This document shows, piece after piece, positions 7,478 to 16,478 of a DNA stretch of 64,000 bases. The notes under the pieces were generated by a model. The model had not been told where the DNA came from. It did not search any database and saw nothing but the letters and a program-made list of their open reading frames with translations. The stretch is from a virus, in UHGV virus genome UHGV-0183930, one strand, 5' to 3'. Made by a program: the position numbers and the translations under genes. Within the stretch, counting starts at the first letter, position 1; each line of letters opens with the position of its first letter.

Positions 7478-7516
7478 AAAGGCTATCAGTTTTATTACTG
7501 GTAGCCTTTTCTTTTT
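7478..7516 (+). terminator. rho-independent terminator closing the Ro60-RNA unit
   Basis: AAAGGCTATCAGT/ACTGGTAGCCTTT stem followed by T tract. Confidence 0.8.
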
Positions 7517-7564
7517 ATGCACATTCTTGTGATAATTAAGATATGTTTTACTAAAAAAAAAACA

Positions 7565-7954
7565 ATGAAAAATGAAAAGAGTGGAGCTGAGAGCTTCGTA
7601 GAAAACATGAGAGAAAAATTAGGTCTTAACAATCCACTTCCTAAAGAAGTAATGGATGATTTGAGGGAAGGTGTAATTGACATTGGTAAAAAGACAGGTG
7701 ATACCAATGCAGAAGATGTGTTGGATAACTGCCTGATTGAATTGGGCAAACTAAAAGACAACCAGAGTAAGGCTATTGTAATTACTTATCTACTTGGTAC
7801 TCTGCCTATGGACTTGCAGAAATTCATTGCAGACCAACAGCAAAAGATTGTTATTGGTATTACAGCTAAGAATTTGGCAGGGGAAGGTCCAGAAGCCATG
7901 TTGGGTATGCTTCTTATGGGAGCTATGCTTAGGGATGAAGATTCAGATGAATAA
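7565..7954 (+). CDS. hypothetical protein
   Basis: MKNEKSG start after an A10 tract. Confidence 0.7.
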   Translation: MKNEKSGAESFVENMREKLGLNNPLPKEVMDDLREGVIDIGKKTGDTNAEDVLDNCLIELGKLKDNQSKAIVITYLLGTLPMDLQKFIADQQQKIVIGITAKNLAGEGPEAMLGMLLMGAMLRDEDSDE

Positions 7955-8327
7955 TGAAATCAAAGTGAGTCTCAGTGTCACATTACAAGGTAGTGTGATA
8001 CTGAGCCAAGAGCAGGCTAAAGCTCTTGAGAAAGAAAAAGTAGGCACAGGTTATGACACTTTCAATATGAAAATAGAAAGTCTTGAAGATGGTAAGAAGG
8101 ATGCTAAAACTATCACTGTAAAGACAAGAAAGTGTAAATCTGCTGGTCAGTCTCTTAATCTTAGTATGGATGCTTATGACTACATGACAGGAAAAGAAGC
8201 TCCTTACTTTATGAAAGCAAAAGATTGGGAGAGACTTACCAAGAAACAGAGACTTGAAGCACATCTTAAAAGGATTGTAGAAGGTCTTGGTGGAGTGAGT
8301 TATACCTACACTGTTCATGATAATTAA
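7947..8327 (+). CDS. hypothetical protein
   Basis: MNNEIKV start overlapping the previous stop. Confidence 0.7.
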   Translation: MNNEIKVSLSVTLQGSVILSQEQAKALEKEKVGTGYDTFNMKIESLEDGKKDAKTITVKTRKCKSAGQSLNLSMDAYDYMTGKEAPYFMKAKDWERLTKKQRLEAHLKRIVEGLGGVSYTYTVHDN

Positions 8328-8348
8328 ATTATTTATAGTGGAGGTAGT

Positions 8349-8507
8349 ATGTTATTTGTATTAATCTTAATAGGAGTATTAGTTATAAGTACTTTTGTTA
8401 GATACCATCCCTATCTTGATTTAGTCCTAAGCTATGATAGGTATATACTATTGTTGTGGTATGATAAGGATGGTGGGAGAACTTACATAAAACTATTGGA
8501 AATATGA
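8349..8507 (+). CDS. small membrane protein (52 aa, not in ORF track)
   Basis: MLFVLILIGVLVISTFVRY...; ATGA overlap with the next gene. Confidence 0.55.
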   Translation: MLFVLILIGVLVISTFVRYHPYLDLVLSYDRYILLLWYDKDGGRTYIKLLEI

Positions 8508-9331
8508 GCTATGAATTTAAGATGAAAGGTCATGGTAATGGAAGAAAGTCCAGACTATACAAGAAGACTAAGAGAGCTTCTATGAATAGAATGGATGCAA
8601 GCCATTTGCCTATGAGAGTACAATCTGATAAGAATGATTATTGGGGTCAAACCAGCAGAGGAAGGGGACATTTTCCCTATAAGGAAGTAAAGAACTTTCT
8701 AATGAAGAGGGTTGGGAGACCAGTGAATGATGTCTTCTCAGAGTTTGTAGTAGAGATGAAGAAATATAAACAGAATGAACCTATTAAAGAAACTTTTGAT
8801 TCCTTTCTTGATTATGAAGAAGAAAAGATGAAAGGTTATCAATGGGCATCAGGCTTTTATGTTTCTAATGGTATCTTGAACTATAAAAAGTACTCCAGAA
8901 AAAGACAAGCCTATAGTCCTAAGCACATTAATTGGAATAATAGCCATATTAAAATGGATGTATTAGAGCAATTCAAGCCTATTACTACATATCTCTTCAA
9001 GAGAGCTTCTACTACTGGACCTTTATTTATTGGAAAACTTTGGGTATCTGTTAAAGGAAACTATATGTTATTGCCTGTTTGGGCAGTGTATAGAGGTAAA
9101 TTTAGCAGTAGTAGAGATACTGATATAAGTAGGTATAGTCTATATACTAAAGCCCAGTTAGAGCATTTACTGCAATTTACAAGAGTTACAGTGATTGGGA
9201 AAGGGGATTATTATGAAGTTCTTGATTATGAAAGTCCAAGAGGTAGATGGTACAGTTCTTATACTTACTATGACTATATAGTCAAAATAACAGATATAGA
9301 AGAATATACAAAACAAAAATTCAAAGAATGA
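8504..9331 (+). CDS. hypothetical basic protein
   Basis: 275-aa ORF. Confidence 0.75.
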   Translation: MSYEFKMKGHGNGRKSRLYKKTKRASMNRMDASHLPMRVQSDKNDYWGQTSRGRGHFPYKEVKNFLMKRVGRPVNDVFSEFVVEMKKYKQNEPIKETFDSFLDYEEEKMKGYQWASGFYVSNGILNYKKYSRKRQAYSPKHINWNNSHIKMDVLEQFKPITTYLFKRASTTGPLFIGKLWVSVKGNYMLLPVWAVYRGKFSSSRDTDISRYSLYTKAQLEHLLQFTRVTVIGKGDYYEVLDYESPRGRWYSSYTYYDYIVKITDIEEYTKQKFKE

Positions 9332-9519
9332 ATATACTGAAAATAGCTGTATGGTTTGTCATGCTAATGGGATTTATTAATGTGTCTTTTCATATGATGT
9401 CCCAAGCAAATACAATGGAGAATGTTGTAGGATTCTTCTTAATCATTATTACTATCTTGGTTTCCTACAAGACCAAGTGTTTTACAACAATAAAATTTAA
9501 AAGAAAACATGAAAAATAA
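9328..9519 (+). CDS. small two-TM membrane protein
   Basis: two hydrophobic helices; coupled. Confidence 0.65.
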   Translation: MNILKIAVWFVMLMGFINVSFHMMSQANTMENVVGFFLIIITILVSYKTKCFTTIKFKRKHEK

Positions 9520-10294
9520 GTTTTTAGGTGGGCTGTTAATAGCCTTTATGGTGATGATAAGTCTATCATCTTGTGAGAGAACTGATGCTGGTTGTGAAGG
9601 TATTAAAGTAAGCCTTTATGGTGATGACAAGGGTGTTGGTGATGTGGCTTTGGTTACAGGTAGAGTATGGTACAATCCTATCACTACTGAAATCTATGAA
9701 TATCCTATGTATGTTCAGACTGTAGATTACCCTGCATTTGAAATCAATGCAAAGGATGGTAGCAAGTTTACTGTGGACCCTACAATCAATGTTAATCCTA
9801 TGGCAGGAAAGGCTCCTGAAATCTTTAGTAAATATAGGAAACCTCTTGAAGATGTAATTCAGAATGTACTTGTCACTCATATAAAAAATGCTTATAGGTT
9901 AAAGCTAAATGCTTATACAACAGATGATTTGGTAAGTAAAAGGGAAGAGTTTGAAAAGGCTACAGAAGATTATTTAAGGGAAGTATTAGCTAAAGAAAAC
10001 TTTGTTCTTGGGGAAATGACCTCAGGTCTTAAATATCCTGAATCCTTGGAAATGTCTATTACTGCCAAGAATAAGGCTGTTCAAGAAGCCATGCAAGTTG
10101 AAAATGAAATCAGGGTGGCAGAAGCAGAAGCTAAGAAACTTATTGTAGCAGCAGAAGCAGAGAAGAAAGCTAATGAATTGAAACAACAGGCTCTTACTCC
10201 TGCTATTCTTGAGAAGATGTGGATTGAGAAATGGGATGGCAAATTACCTGTATATGGTCAAGTTCCTACTATCTTCAAAGATATTAGTAAGTAG
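9509..10294 (+). CDS. SPFH/band-7 (prohibitin-like) lipoprotein
   Basis: lipobox LSSC; SPFH core; AEAEAKK coiled coil; IEKWDGKLP C-terminus. Confidence 0.85.
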   Translation: MKNKFLGGLLIAFMVMISLSSCERTDAGCEGIKVSLYGDDKGVGDVALVTGRVWYNPITTEIYEYPMYVQTVDYPAFEINAKDGSKFTVDPTINVNPMAGKAPEIFSKYRKPLEDVIQNVLVTHIKNAYRLKLNAYTTDDLVSKREEFEKATEDYLREVLAKENFVLGEMTSGLKYPESLEMSITAKNKAVQEAMQVENEIRVAEAEAKKLIVAAEAEKKANELKQQALTPAILEKMWIEKWDGKLPVYGQVPTIFKDISK

Positions 10295-10296
10295 TT

Positions 10297-10623
10297 ATGG
10301 TTTGGTTGATAATAGGATTCATACTCACCACCATTATAGTATGGGTTATGAAAAGTACCCATTGTAAGTCATATGATGGTAGGAAATTGCAATGGGAAAG
10401 GGATATTACAGTTCCTTTGTGGCAAGGAGTTTTAATCTACATTGTCATGATAATTCCCATTATTGGTATTATAGCTTTTATAGCTTTCCTAATTTGGTAT
10501 GTTGTACATTCTATGTGGGGTTCGGATTGCTGTGTTGACAGATGGATATTCTCTTTTAAAGAAGGTACAGGGCTACATAAGATATGGTCTAAGATTGGAG
10601 TATTTTTAAATAAGAAATTATGA
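10297..10623 (+). CDS. membrane protein
   Basis: hydrophobic segments. Confidence 0.65.
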   Translation: MVWLIIGFILTTIIVWVMKSTHCKSYDGRKLQWERDITVPLWQGVLIYIVMIIPIIGIIAFIAFLIWYVVHSMWGSDCCVDRWIFSFKEGTGLHKIWSKIGVFLNKKL

Positions 10624-11024
10624 GTGAACTTGAAAATAAAAATGGAGTGTTCAAATCAGATTTGATGAGGACATTCAGACAGCTCAAAGAAAGTAGAGCT
10701 GAGAGTGTATCAGAAGATGTAGAGATTATCTACAAGAGAAGGATTGAAGATTTGTGTCATAGAATCAGAAACTATGACAGAGACAGGGAGAATATTCTTC
10801 TTGACTTGTCTCCTTCAAGTCTTACCAGTGGTGCTGTGGTTCCATCAGACTTTGATGCAACCAAATTCATGGAGAAAGATGTGGAGATTGGTCTCAACAA
10901 AAGGGATGCAATCATTCAGTTGGAGATTGTACTGGATAGATATGAATATCTGTTTGGTCCTTTGGCTGACACAACTGCTGTATTGAAAGTGTTACCTGAG
11001 TGGAAATCTAAACTTGCACAGTAA
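10620..11024 (+). CDS. hypothetical protein
   Basis: coupled ORF. Confidence 0.7.
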   Translation: MSELENKNGVFKSDLMRTFRQLKESRAESVSEDVEIIYKRRIEDLCHRIRNYDRDRENILLDLSPSSLTSGAVVPSDFDATKFMEKDVEIGLNKRDAIIQLEIVLDRYEYLFGPLADTTAVLKVLPEWKSKLAQ

Positions 11025-11905
11025 TGGGTGGTGGTAGTTATTCCTATATGAATAGTCACTCCAGAGGAGTGAGCTATCAATCTCAGACCAGAGAAGAGGT
11101 ATTCAAACAAAGAGAGATGCACAGAGAGATGGACATCAAAGGTAAAATAAGGGAGGCAAGGGATAGTGAGGAACACCCTACTTCTCTTCCTATTATTATA
11201 TCTCTTGATGTTACAGGTAGTATGGGAGTTATCCCTGAATATCTTATCAAGTTTGGATTCCCTGAAATCATGAAGAAAATCATGGATGAAGGGATTGAGC
11301 ATCCTCAAGTATGCTTCTTGGGTATAGGAGACCATTACACAGATATTGCACCTATCCAAGTAGGTCAGTTTGAATCTTCTGATGAACTGCTTGATAAGTG
11401 GTTGAAGATTATCTGGCTTGAAGGTCATGGTGGTGGAAATGGAGGTGAGAGTTATTCTCTTGCTTGGTATTTTGCTGCAAGGCATACTTCTATTGATTCT
11501 CTGTTGAAGAGAGGTCAGAAGGGTATCCTTATCACCATTGGTGATGAACCCTGTCATGGTTCTTTAGGTTGTGACTCCATTAAGAAATTGTTTGGAGACA
11601 CTCTTGAAGGGAATAAGGATATAGAGGCTTCTCAGATACTCAAGGAAGCACAGGAAAGTTGGCATGTCTATCATATTAATCTACAAGATTATATGGGTAG
11701 AAAGCCAAGTGTACAAGAGGGTTGGAAGAAGTATCTTGGTGAGAGAGTGATTAATACTGAGGATGGTGAGGGTAGAGATATTCCAGACATCATTTCAGGC
11801 ATCATTCTTGGAGCTGTAAACATTGATAAGATGAAAGTTAGAGTTAGTATAGAAACATCTTCCAGCTCAGAAATAAAAGAAACTACAGTAAATCATTTAA
11901 GATAA
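11024..11905 (+). CDS. vWA-domain protein
   Basis: MIDAS DVTGSM; GGGNGGESY; ITIGDE. Confidence 0.8.
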   Translation: MGGGSYSYMNSHSRGVSYQSQTREEVFKQREMHREMDIKGKIREARDSEEHPTSLPIIISLDVTGSMGVIPEYLIKFGFPEIMKKIMDEGIEHPQVCFLGIGDHYTDIAPIQVGQFESSDELLDKWLKIIWLEGHGGGNGGESYSLAWYFAARHTSIDSLLKRGQKGILITIGDEPCHGSLGCDSIKKLFGDTLEGNKDIEASQILKEAQESWHVYHINLQDYMGRKPSVQEGWKKYLGERVINTEDGEGRDIPDIISGIILGAVNIDKMKVRVSIETSSSSEIKETTVNHLR

Positions 11906-13054
11906 ATGGAAGTTAAGATTGTACTTGGTTACACCTTTGGTGATGAAGGCAAGGGTGTGACAGTTCAATGGCTTTGTAAGAAAGCTATTGAAGAGGGAAA
12001 AAGACCTATAGTTGTTAGATTCTCAGGTGGACCACAAGCTGCTCACACAATAAACCATAATGGACTTGAACATATATGTTCCTCCTTTGGTAGTGGAGTA
12101 TTGCTTGGTGTTCCTACAATGCTTTATGACAATACATACATTGACCCAATTAGTCTGGTTAAAGAGTATGACAGTCTTGTAAGTAAAGGTATTGAACCTA
12201 AGATAATGATGAGTGCATTCAATAGAATTATCACTCCTCATGATATACTGGCTGGGAGAGAGAATACTAAAGTTCTTACTGATGGTACTTGTGGAAAAGG
12301 GTTATATCCTACATTCAAAAGGTATCAATCAAGAAGTAGGGTTCAGCACACATCTATGTTTTTGGGTTATGAAAATGGTCCTGAAACAATACTTGATGAA
12401 GCATTAGAGTTTCATAAACCTGAGGCATCTTACTATGAAGGAAACTTCTTAGAAGCCTGTGATAGATTGAAGTCTATTATCAAGGTAAAAGATAGCAGAT
12501 GGACTAAAGACTATGATGTGCTTATCTTCGAGGGTTCACAAGGACTACTCTTGGATATGGATTGTGGCTTTTATCCTAATGTTACTCCTTCAAGAGTAGG
12601 TTTGAATGGCATTGAATCTCAGTTTCTTAAGAATGCTGAGGTATATCTTGTCACAAGAACTTACACTACAAGGCATGGCAATGGGTATAAACCAAAGTAC
12701 AGACTTAACATTGATTTGTCTGGGAAACATGAAACAAATGTCAATAATGAATATCAAGGTGAGTTCAAGGTTGGTGCATTGGAAACAATACTGATGAATA
12801 GAGCCACTGAGAGACACAGAATTGATAATTATGTTTCCCAATTTGATTGTAGGCTGAATCTTGTAGTTACACACATGGATGTTGTTGTAAATGGTGGAAT
12901 CTTTGAGTATGAACATAAGTTTGGTGAGAATGTTATAATAGGAGCAATTAAACCACAGAAAGTTCTTGAAGCAATAACATCACATTTGGATATTTCATTT
13001 GACAATGTGTACTACAATGACAGTATTGAGTCAAATATAAAACAAATGTTATGA
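11906..13054 (+). CDS. divergent adenylosuccinate synthetase (PurA-like)
   Basis: FGDEGKG, RFSGGPQAAHT, FEGSQGLLLD..GFYPNVTPS, YTTRHGNG. Confidence 0.8.
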   Translation: MEVKIVLGYTFGDEGKGVTVQWLCKKAIEEGKRPIVVRFSGGPQAAHTINHNGLEHICSSFGSGVLLGVPTMLYDNTYIDPISLVKEYDSLVSKGIEPKIMMSAFNRIITPHDILAGRENTKVLTDGTCGKGLYPTFKRYQSRSRVQHTSMFLGYENGPETILDEALEFHKPEASYYEGNFLEACDRLKSIIKVKDSRWTKDYDVLIFEGSQGLLLDMDCGFYPNVTPSRVGLNGIESQFLKNAEVYLVTRTYTTRHGNGYKPKYRLNIDLSGKHETNVNNEYQGEFKVGALETILMNRATERHRIDNYVSQFDCRLNLVVTHMDVVVNGGIFEYEHKFGENVIIGAIKPQKVLEAITSHLDISFDNVYYNDSIESNIKQML

Positions 13055-13524
13055 AGCAAAAGGTGTATAATATCCTTATGCTCTTTTTAATTGGTGGTCT
13101 GTATGGTTTATACTATATAGACTACCAAGAAGAGCACAGGGAACCTGAAAAGGTAGATGTATTGAGATTAGAGCAACCAGAGTTCTTACTTTCAGAGAAG
13201 CCTGATGATGATTTGATGGCAGTTCTTGAGTATTATAATGTGAAACACAAGAATATTGTGTATGCACAGGCTATACTTGAGACAGGTCATTTCAGGTCTA
13301 AGGTATGCAGGGAATATAATAACCTATTTGGACTGTATAATAGCAGGTCAAAAGACTACTATAAGTTCAATCATTGGAGTGAGAGTGTAGTTGCTTATCT
13401 TAATTACATACAGTATAGATACAAACCCCCGAATGATTATTATAAATTCTTGGAGGAAATAGGCTATGCGGAAGACCCGCAATATATAACAAAACTAAAG
13501 AATATTGTCAAGAGATATGGATAG
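13051..13524 (+). CDS. GH73/glucosaminidase-type peptidoglycan hydrolase with N-terminal TM
   Basis: AQAILETG, NNLFG, GYAEDPQYITKL. Confidence 0.8.
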   Translation: MKQKVYNILMLFLIGGLYGLYYIDYQEEHREPEKVDVLRLEQPEFLLSEKPDDDLMAVLEYYNVKHKNIVYAQAILETGHFRSKVCREYNNLFGLYNSRSKDYYKFNHWSESVVAYLNYIQYRYKPPNDYYKFLEEIGYAEDPQYITKLKNIVKRYG

Positions 13525-13597
13525 AAAACAGGCTCAGGAAGAGATAATGAATATAAAGAGTAATGCTATACTCTGTGAGTTACCTACCAGTTACTAA
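13517..13597 (+). pseudogene. orphaned original 5' end of the SF2 helicase (26 aa)
   Basis: MDRKQAQEEIMNIKSNAILCELPTSY* parallels DRKEVQKEILEIKSQSILLQLPTSF of ORF 14274. Confidence 0.75.
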
Positions 13598-13609
13598 AAT
13601 ATTTATACT

Positions 13610-13641
13610 ATTGTGTAGTTCATAACCTTATTGTATCTTTG
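13610..13641 (+). promoter_or_regulatory. Bacteroidota promoter for the homing endonuclease
   Basis: ATTG, 20-nt spacer, TATCTTTG 13634-13641. Confidence 0.65.
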
Positions 13642-13663
13642 TAGAAGTACAAAAGATATTAAT

Positions 13664-14329
13664 ATGGAAAGGAAAAACAATTGTAGAGTGTCAGGTATTT
13701 ATTGTATAATCAATATTCTTAATAATAAGAAGTATATTGGCAGCAGTAGAAATATCTATAGTAGATGGTATAAACACAGGGCTAATCTTAGGGGTGGTTA
13801 TCATCCTAACTCATACTTGCAGAGTGCATGGAATAAGTATGGTGAAGAAAACTTTCACTTTCTTATATTATGCAGATGTCCAGAAGAATCCCTCTTGGAA
13901 ACTGAACAGAATTACATAGATAGCTTAAAGCCTGAATACAATATTATGTTAGAGGCAAAAAGGACTATTGTAACTGATGTTATTAGGGAGCATATAAGTG
14001 AAGGAGTTAGAAGGGCTATAAATGAAGGAAGGATGCCTTTGAATCCTATGGTTGGGAAAAAGATGTCTCCAGAACATTTAGCTAAACTGCCCCAAAATCA
14101 AAAGGGATATAAATGCCCAAAAAGGCAGAAAGGTGTGTATATTTATGACTTAGATATGAATTTTGTCAATAAGTATAATACACTAAAAGAGGCTGCTGAA
14201 TTTATTGGGGTTGCCTTTCAAGTTATTAGCTATACTGTGTTAAAAAGTAAATCACACAAATGTAAAAATTATTATGTATTCAGAGAAGAGCAAAATAGAC
14301 AGGAAGGAAGTACAGAAGGAAATTCTTGA
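13664..14329 (+). mobile_element. GIY-YIG homing endonuclease with NUMOD-type C-terminal DNA-binding domains
   Basis: SGIYCIINILNNKKYIGSS..R..H; EQNYIDSLKPEYNI; C-terminal YNTLKEAAEFIG. Confidence 0.88.
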
Positions 14330-15470
14330 GATAAAATCTCAAAGTATCTTGCTTCAATTACCTACTTCCTTTGGTAAATCTAAGATAGGTATTGACTTAG
14401 CTTTGAGAGATAATCCTAATGGAATACTTATAGTAGTGCCCAGATTAGTGCTTATAAATAACTGGAAAGAGGAATTTATTAAGTGGGGATTGAAGTCTTG
14501 GTTAGATAAGGTGTCCTTTAGTACTTATGTTGGGTTAAAGAAACATGTAGAAGAAGATTGGGATTGTGTTATATTTGATGAAGTACAGCACATGTCAGAA
14601 AGATGTAGAGAGTTTATATCTACTATGACTATATATCATTCTATAATGCTTTCAGCCACAGTTACCAAAGATATGAAGTGGGAACTGAGTCAGTTATTTC
14701 CTGATTTTCAGTGTTATACAGTGAAGATGAAGGAGGCTATAGACAATGAAATTCTTCCTGACCCTAAAGTATTTCTAATTCCTCTTGAACTTGATAATAC
14801 ACATACTGGATATACTATGATTGAACATCCTAAAGCTACGACTATAAAGACTTGTTTATACAAGGACAGATGGTCTTACTTAAGGAATAAATCTCTTCAG
14901 GTACATATTAAATGTACTGAATATCAGTATGTTAGAGAGTTAGATAATAAGATTGAGTTTTGGAAGAAGCAGTATATGAGAACAAGAAATGAAGGAGTAA
15001 AGACAAAGTGGTTATTCCTTGCAGGTCAAAGGCTCAAATTTCTTTCCCAATTAAAGAACCCTATTATCTTATCTCTTCTGGAGAAGCTGAGTTCTGAGAG
15101 GGTGCTTACATTCTGTAGCTCTATTGAGCAGACAGAAGTATTAGGGGAAAACTGTATTAACAGTAAAAACAAGGAATCCTCTGTAATACTTGATATGTTC
15201 AATCACAAGAAGATAGACCACATTACAGCCTGTAATATGCTTAATGAAGGTATGAATCTTGTAGATTGTAGGGTTGGTTTATATGCCAATCTTAACAGCA
15301 GTGATATTATCATAAAACAAAGGCTGGGTAGAATACTTAGGCATAAAGACCCAATCATTATTATACCATACTTTAGTGGTACAAGGGAAGAAGAGTTGGT
15401 TGAGAAGATGCTTGAGGACTATAATCCAGAGTTAGTTGTGAAAACAGATTTAAGTGAAATAAAAGTATGA
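14274..15470 (+). CDS. superfamily 2 helicase
   Basis: PTSFGKS, DEVQH, LSAT, LNEGMNL, QRLGRILR. Confidence 0.88.
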   Translation: MYSEKSKIDRKEVQKEILEIKSQSILLQLPTSFGKSKIGIDLALRDNPNGILIVVPRLVLINNWKEEFIKWGLKSWLDKVSFSTYVGLKKHVEEDWDCVIFDEVQHMSERCREFISTMTIYHSIMLSATVTKDMKWELSQLFPDFQCYTVKMKEAIDNEILPDPKVFLIPLELDNTHTGYTMIEHPKATTIKTCLYKDRWSYLRNKSLQVHIKCTEYQYVRELDNKIEFWKKQYMRTRNEGVKTKWLFLAGQRLKFLSQLKNPIILSLLEKLSSERVLTFCSSIEQTEVLGENCINSKNKESSVILDMFNHKKIDHITACNMLNEGMNLVDCRVGLYANLNSSDIIIKQRLGRILRHKDPIIIIPYFSGTREEELVEKMLEDYNPELVVKTDLSEIKV

Positions 15471-15868
15471 GAAACAGAGTTAAAATTACTAAAGCAAACT
15501 ATGTTGTCAATCCTGAAAAGAAGGTAGTAGTTTGTGTTCTGGAGTGTGATATGCAGTTGTATAAGCATCCTGCATGGGATGATATTTATCCTTGTATGTG
15601 GGCTAATCTTCCACTTGTATCTAACGATGGTACTTTCAAAGTAAAAGCTATTGCAAGATGCAATGAAGAAGACAGCTTTGATGAAGAAGCAGGCAAGAGG
15701 ATTGCAGAATCCAGAGCTAAAGGTAAAGCATTTGCTACTGCTGCAAAGGTTTACAAGGAAATTGAGAAATATTTCTTGAACTGTGCTGCACTTGTGAATG
15801 AATCTGTAGAGGCTTGTGAACAGACTGTGAAGGTTGAGGAAGCTCATGTTGAATTGCTGATTGGATAG
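15467..15868 (+). CDS. hypothetical phage protein
   Basis: ARCNEEDSFDEEAGKRIAESRA motif; coupled. Confidence 0.7.
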   Translation: MRNRVKITKANYVVNPEKKVVVCVLECDMQLYKHPAWDDIYPCMWANLPLVSNDGTFKVKAIARCNEEDSFDEEAGKRIAESRAKGKAFATAAKVYKEIEKYFLNCAALVNESVEACEQTVKVEEAHVELLIG

Positions 15869-16475
15869 TAGTATGACAATCTCATTGAATGACAAGGTTA
15901 TTAAGAAGAGTGGTCTTTCTCTTGGAGAGGTCCTACTTATGATAGCTATTCAAAACAATGTAGATTTTCATGTTGCTGAAAGTGAATTGAAGAAAAAAGG
16001 ATTTATCAGTACATCTTATAACCAGTTATTTCAACCAGAGGGGTTATTTGTAACCTCTAAGGGGAATAATATGGTTAATAACATTATCCTTGATTCTGAT
16101 AAATCTGTGGGGACTGATGATTTCAATCAAAGAATTGAAGCATTAGTACCTCAACTTCAATCCATTTATCCAGAAGGAAAGAATTTCAATAACCAGTATT
16201 GGAGAGGAAATAAAACTGACATTAAAAGAAAGTTACAGACTTTCTTTAAGAAATATGGGAATGATTATACTGATGAACAAATCATCAATGCAACTCAAGC
16301 CTATGTTTCTGGCTTCAATGGAGAGTATAAGTTCATGAGATTACTTCAATATTTCATTTGGAAAGAAGAGGTAAAGGATGGTACTAAAGTGCCTATCTCA
16401 GAACTGGCTAATTACATTGAGAATGCTGGTCAGGAGAATGACCTCACTAATGATTGGACAAGTACATTGGTTTAA
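15861..16475 (+). CDS. putative replication initiator/helicase loader
   Basis: wHTH-like N-terminus; position directly before DnaB (inference). Confidence 0.5.
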   Translation: MDSSMTISLNDKVIKKSGLSLGEVLLMIAIQNNVDFHVAESELKKKGFISTSYNQLFQPEGLFVTSKGNNMVNNIILDSDKSVGTDDFNQRIEALVPQLQSIYPEGKNFNNQYWRGNKTDIKRKLQTFFKKYGNDYTDEQIINATQAYVSGFNGEYKFMRLLQYFIWKEEVKDGTKVPISELANYIENAGQENDLTNDWTSTLV

Positions 16476-16478
16476 GCT

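Noticed and set aside
11906..13054. PurZ / 2-aminoadenine DNA pathway
   Set aside because: The catalytic motif is GDEGKG (Asp, PurA type), and no DatZ/MazZ-like neighbours were recognised.
13598..14372. Group I intron in the helicase
   Set aside because: Only about 65 non-coding nt, occupied by a promoter; no P7 or core elements seen; the duplicated N-terminus explains the layout.
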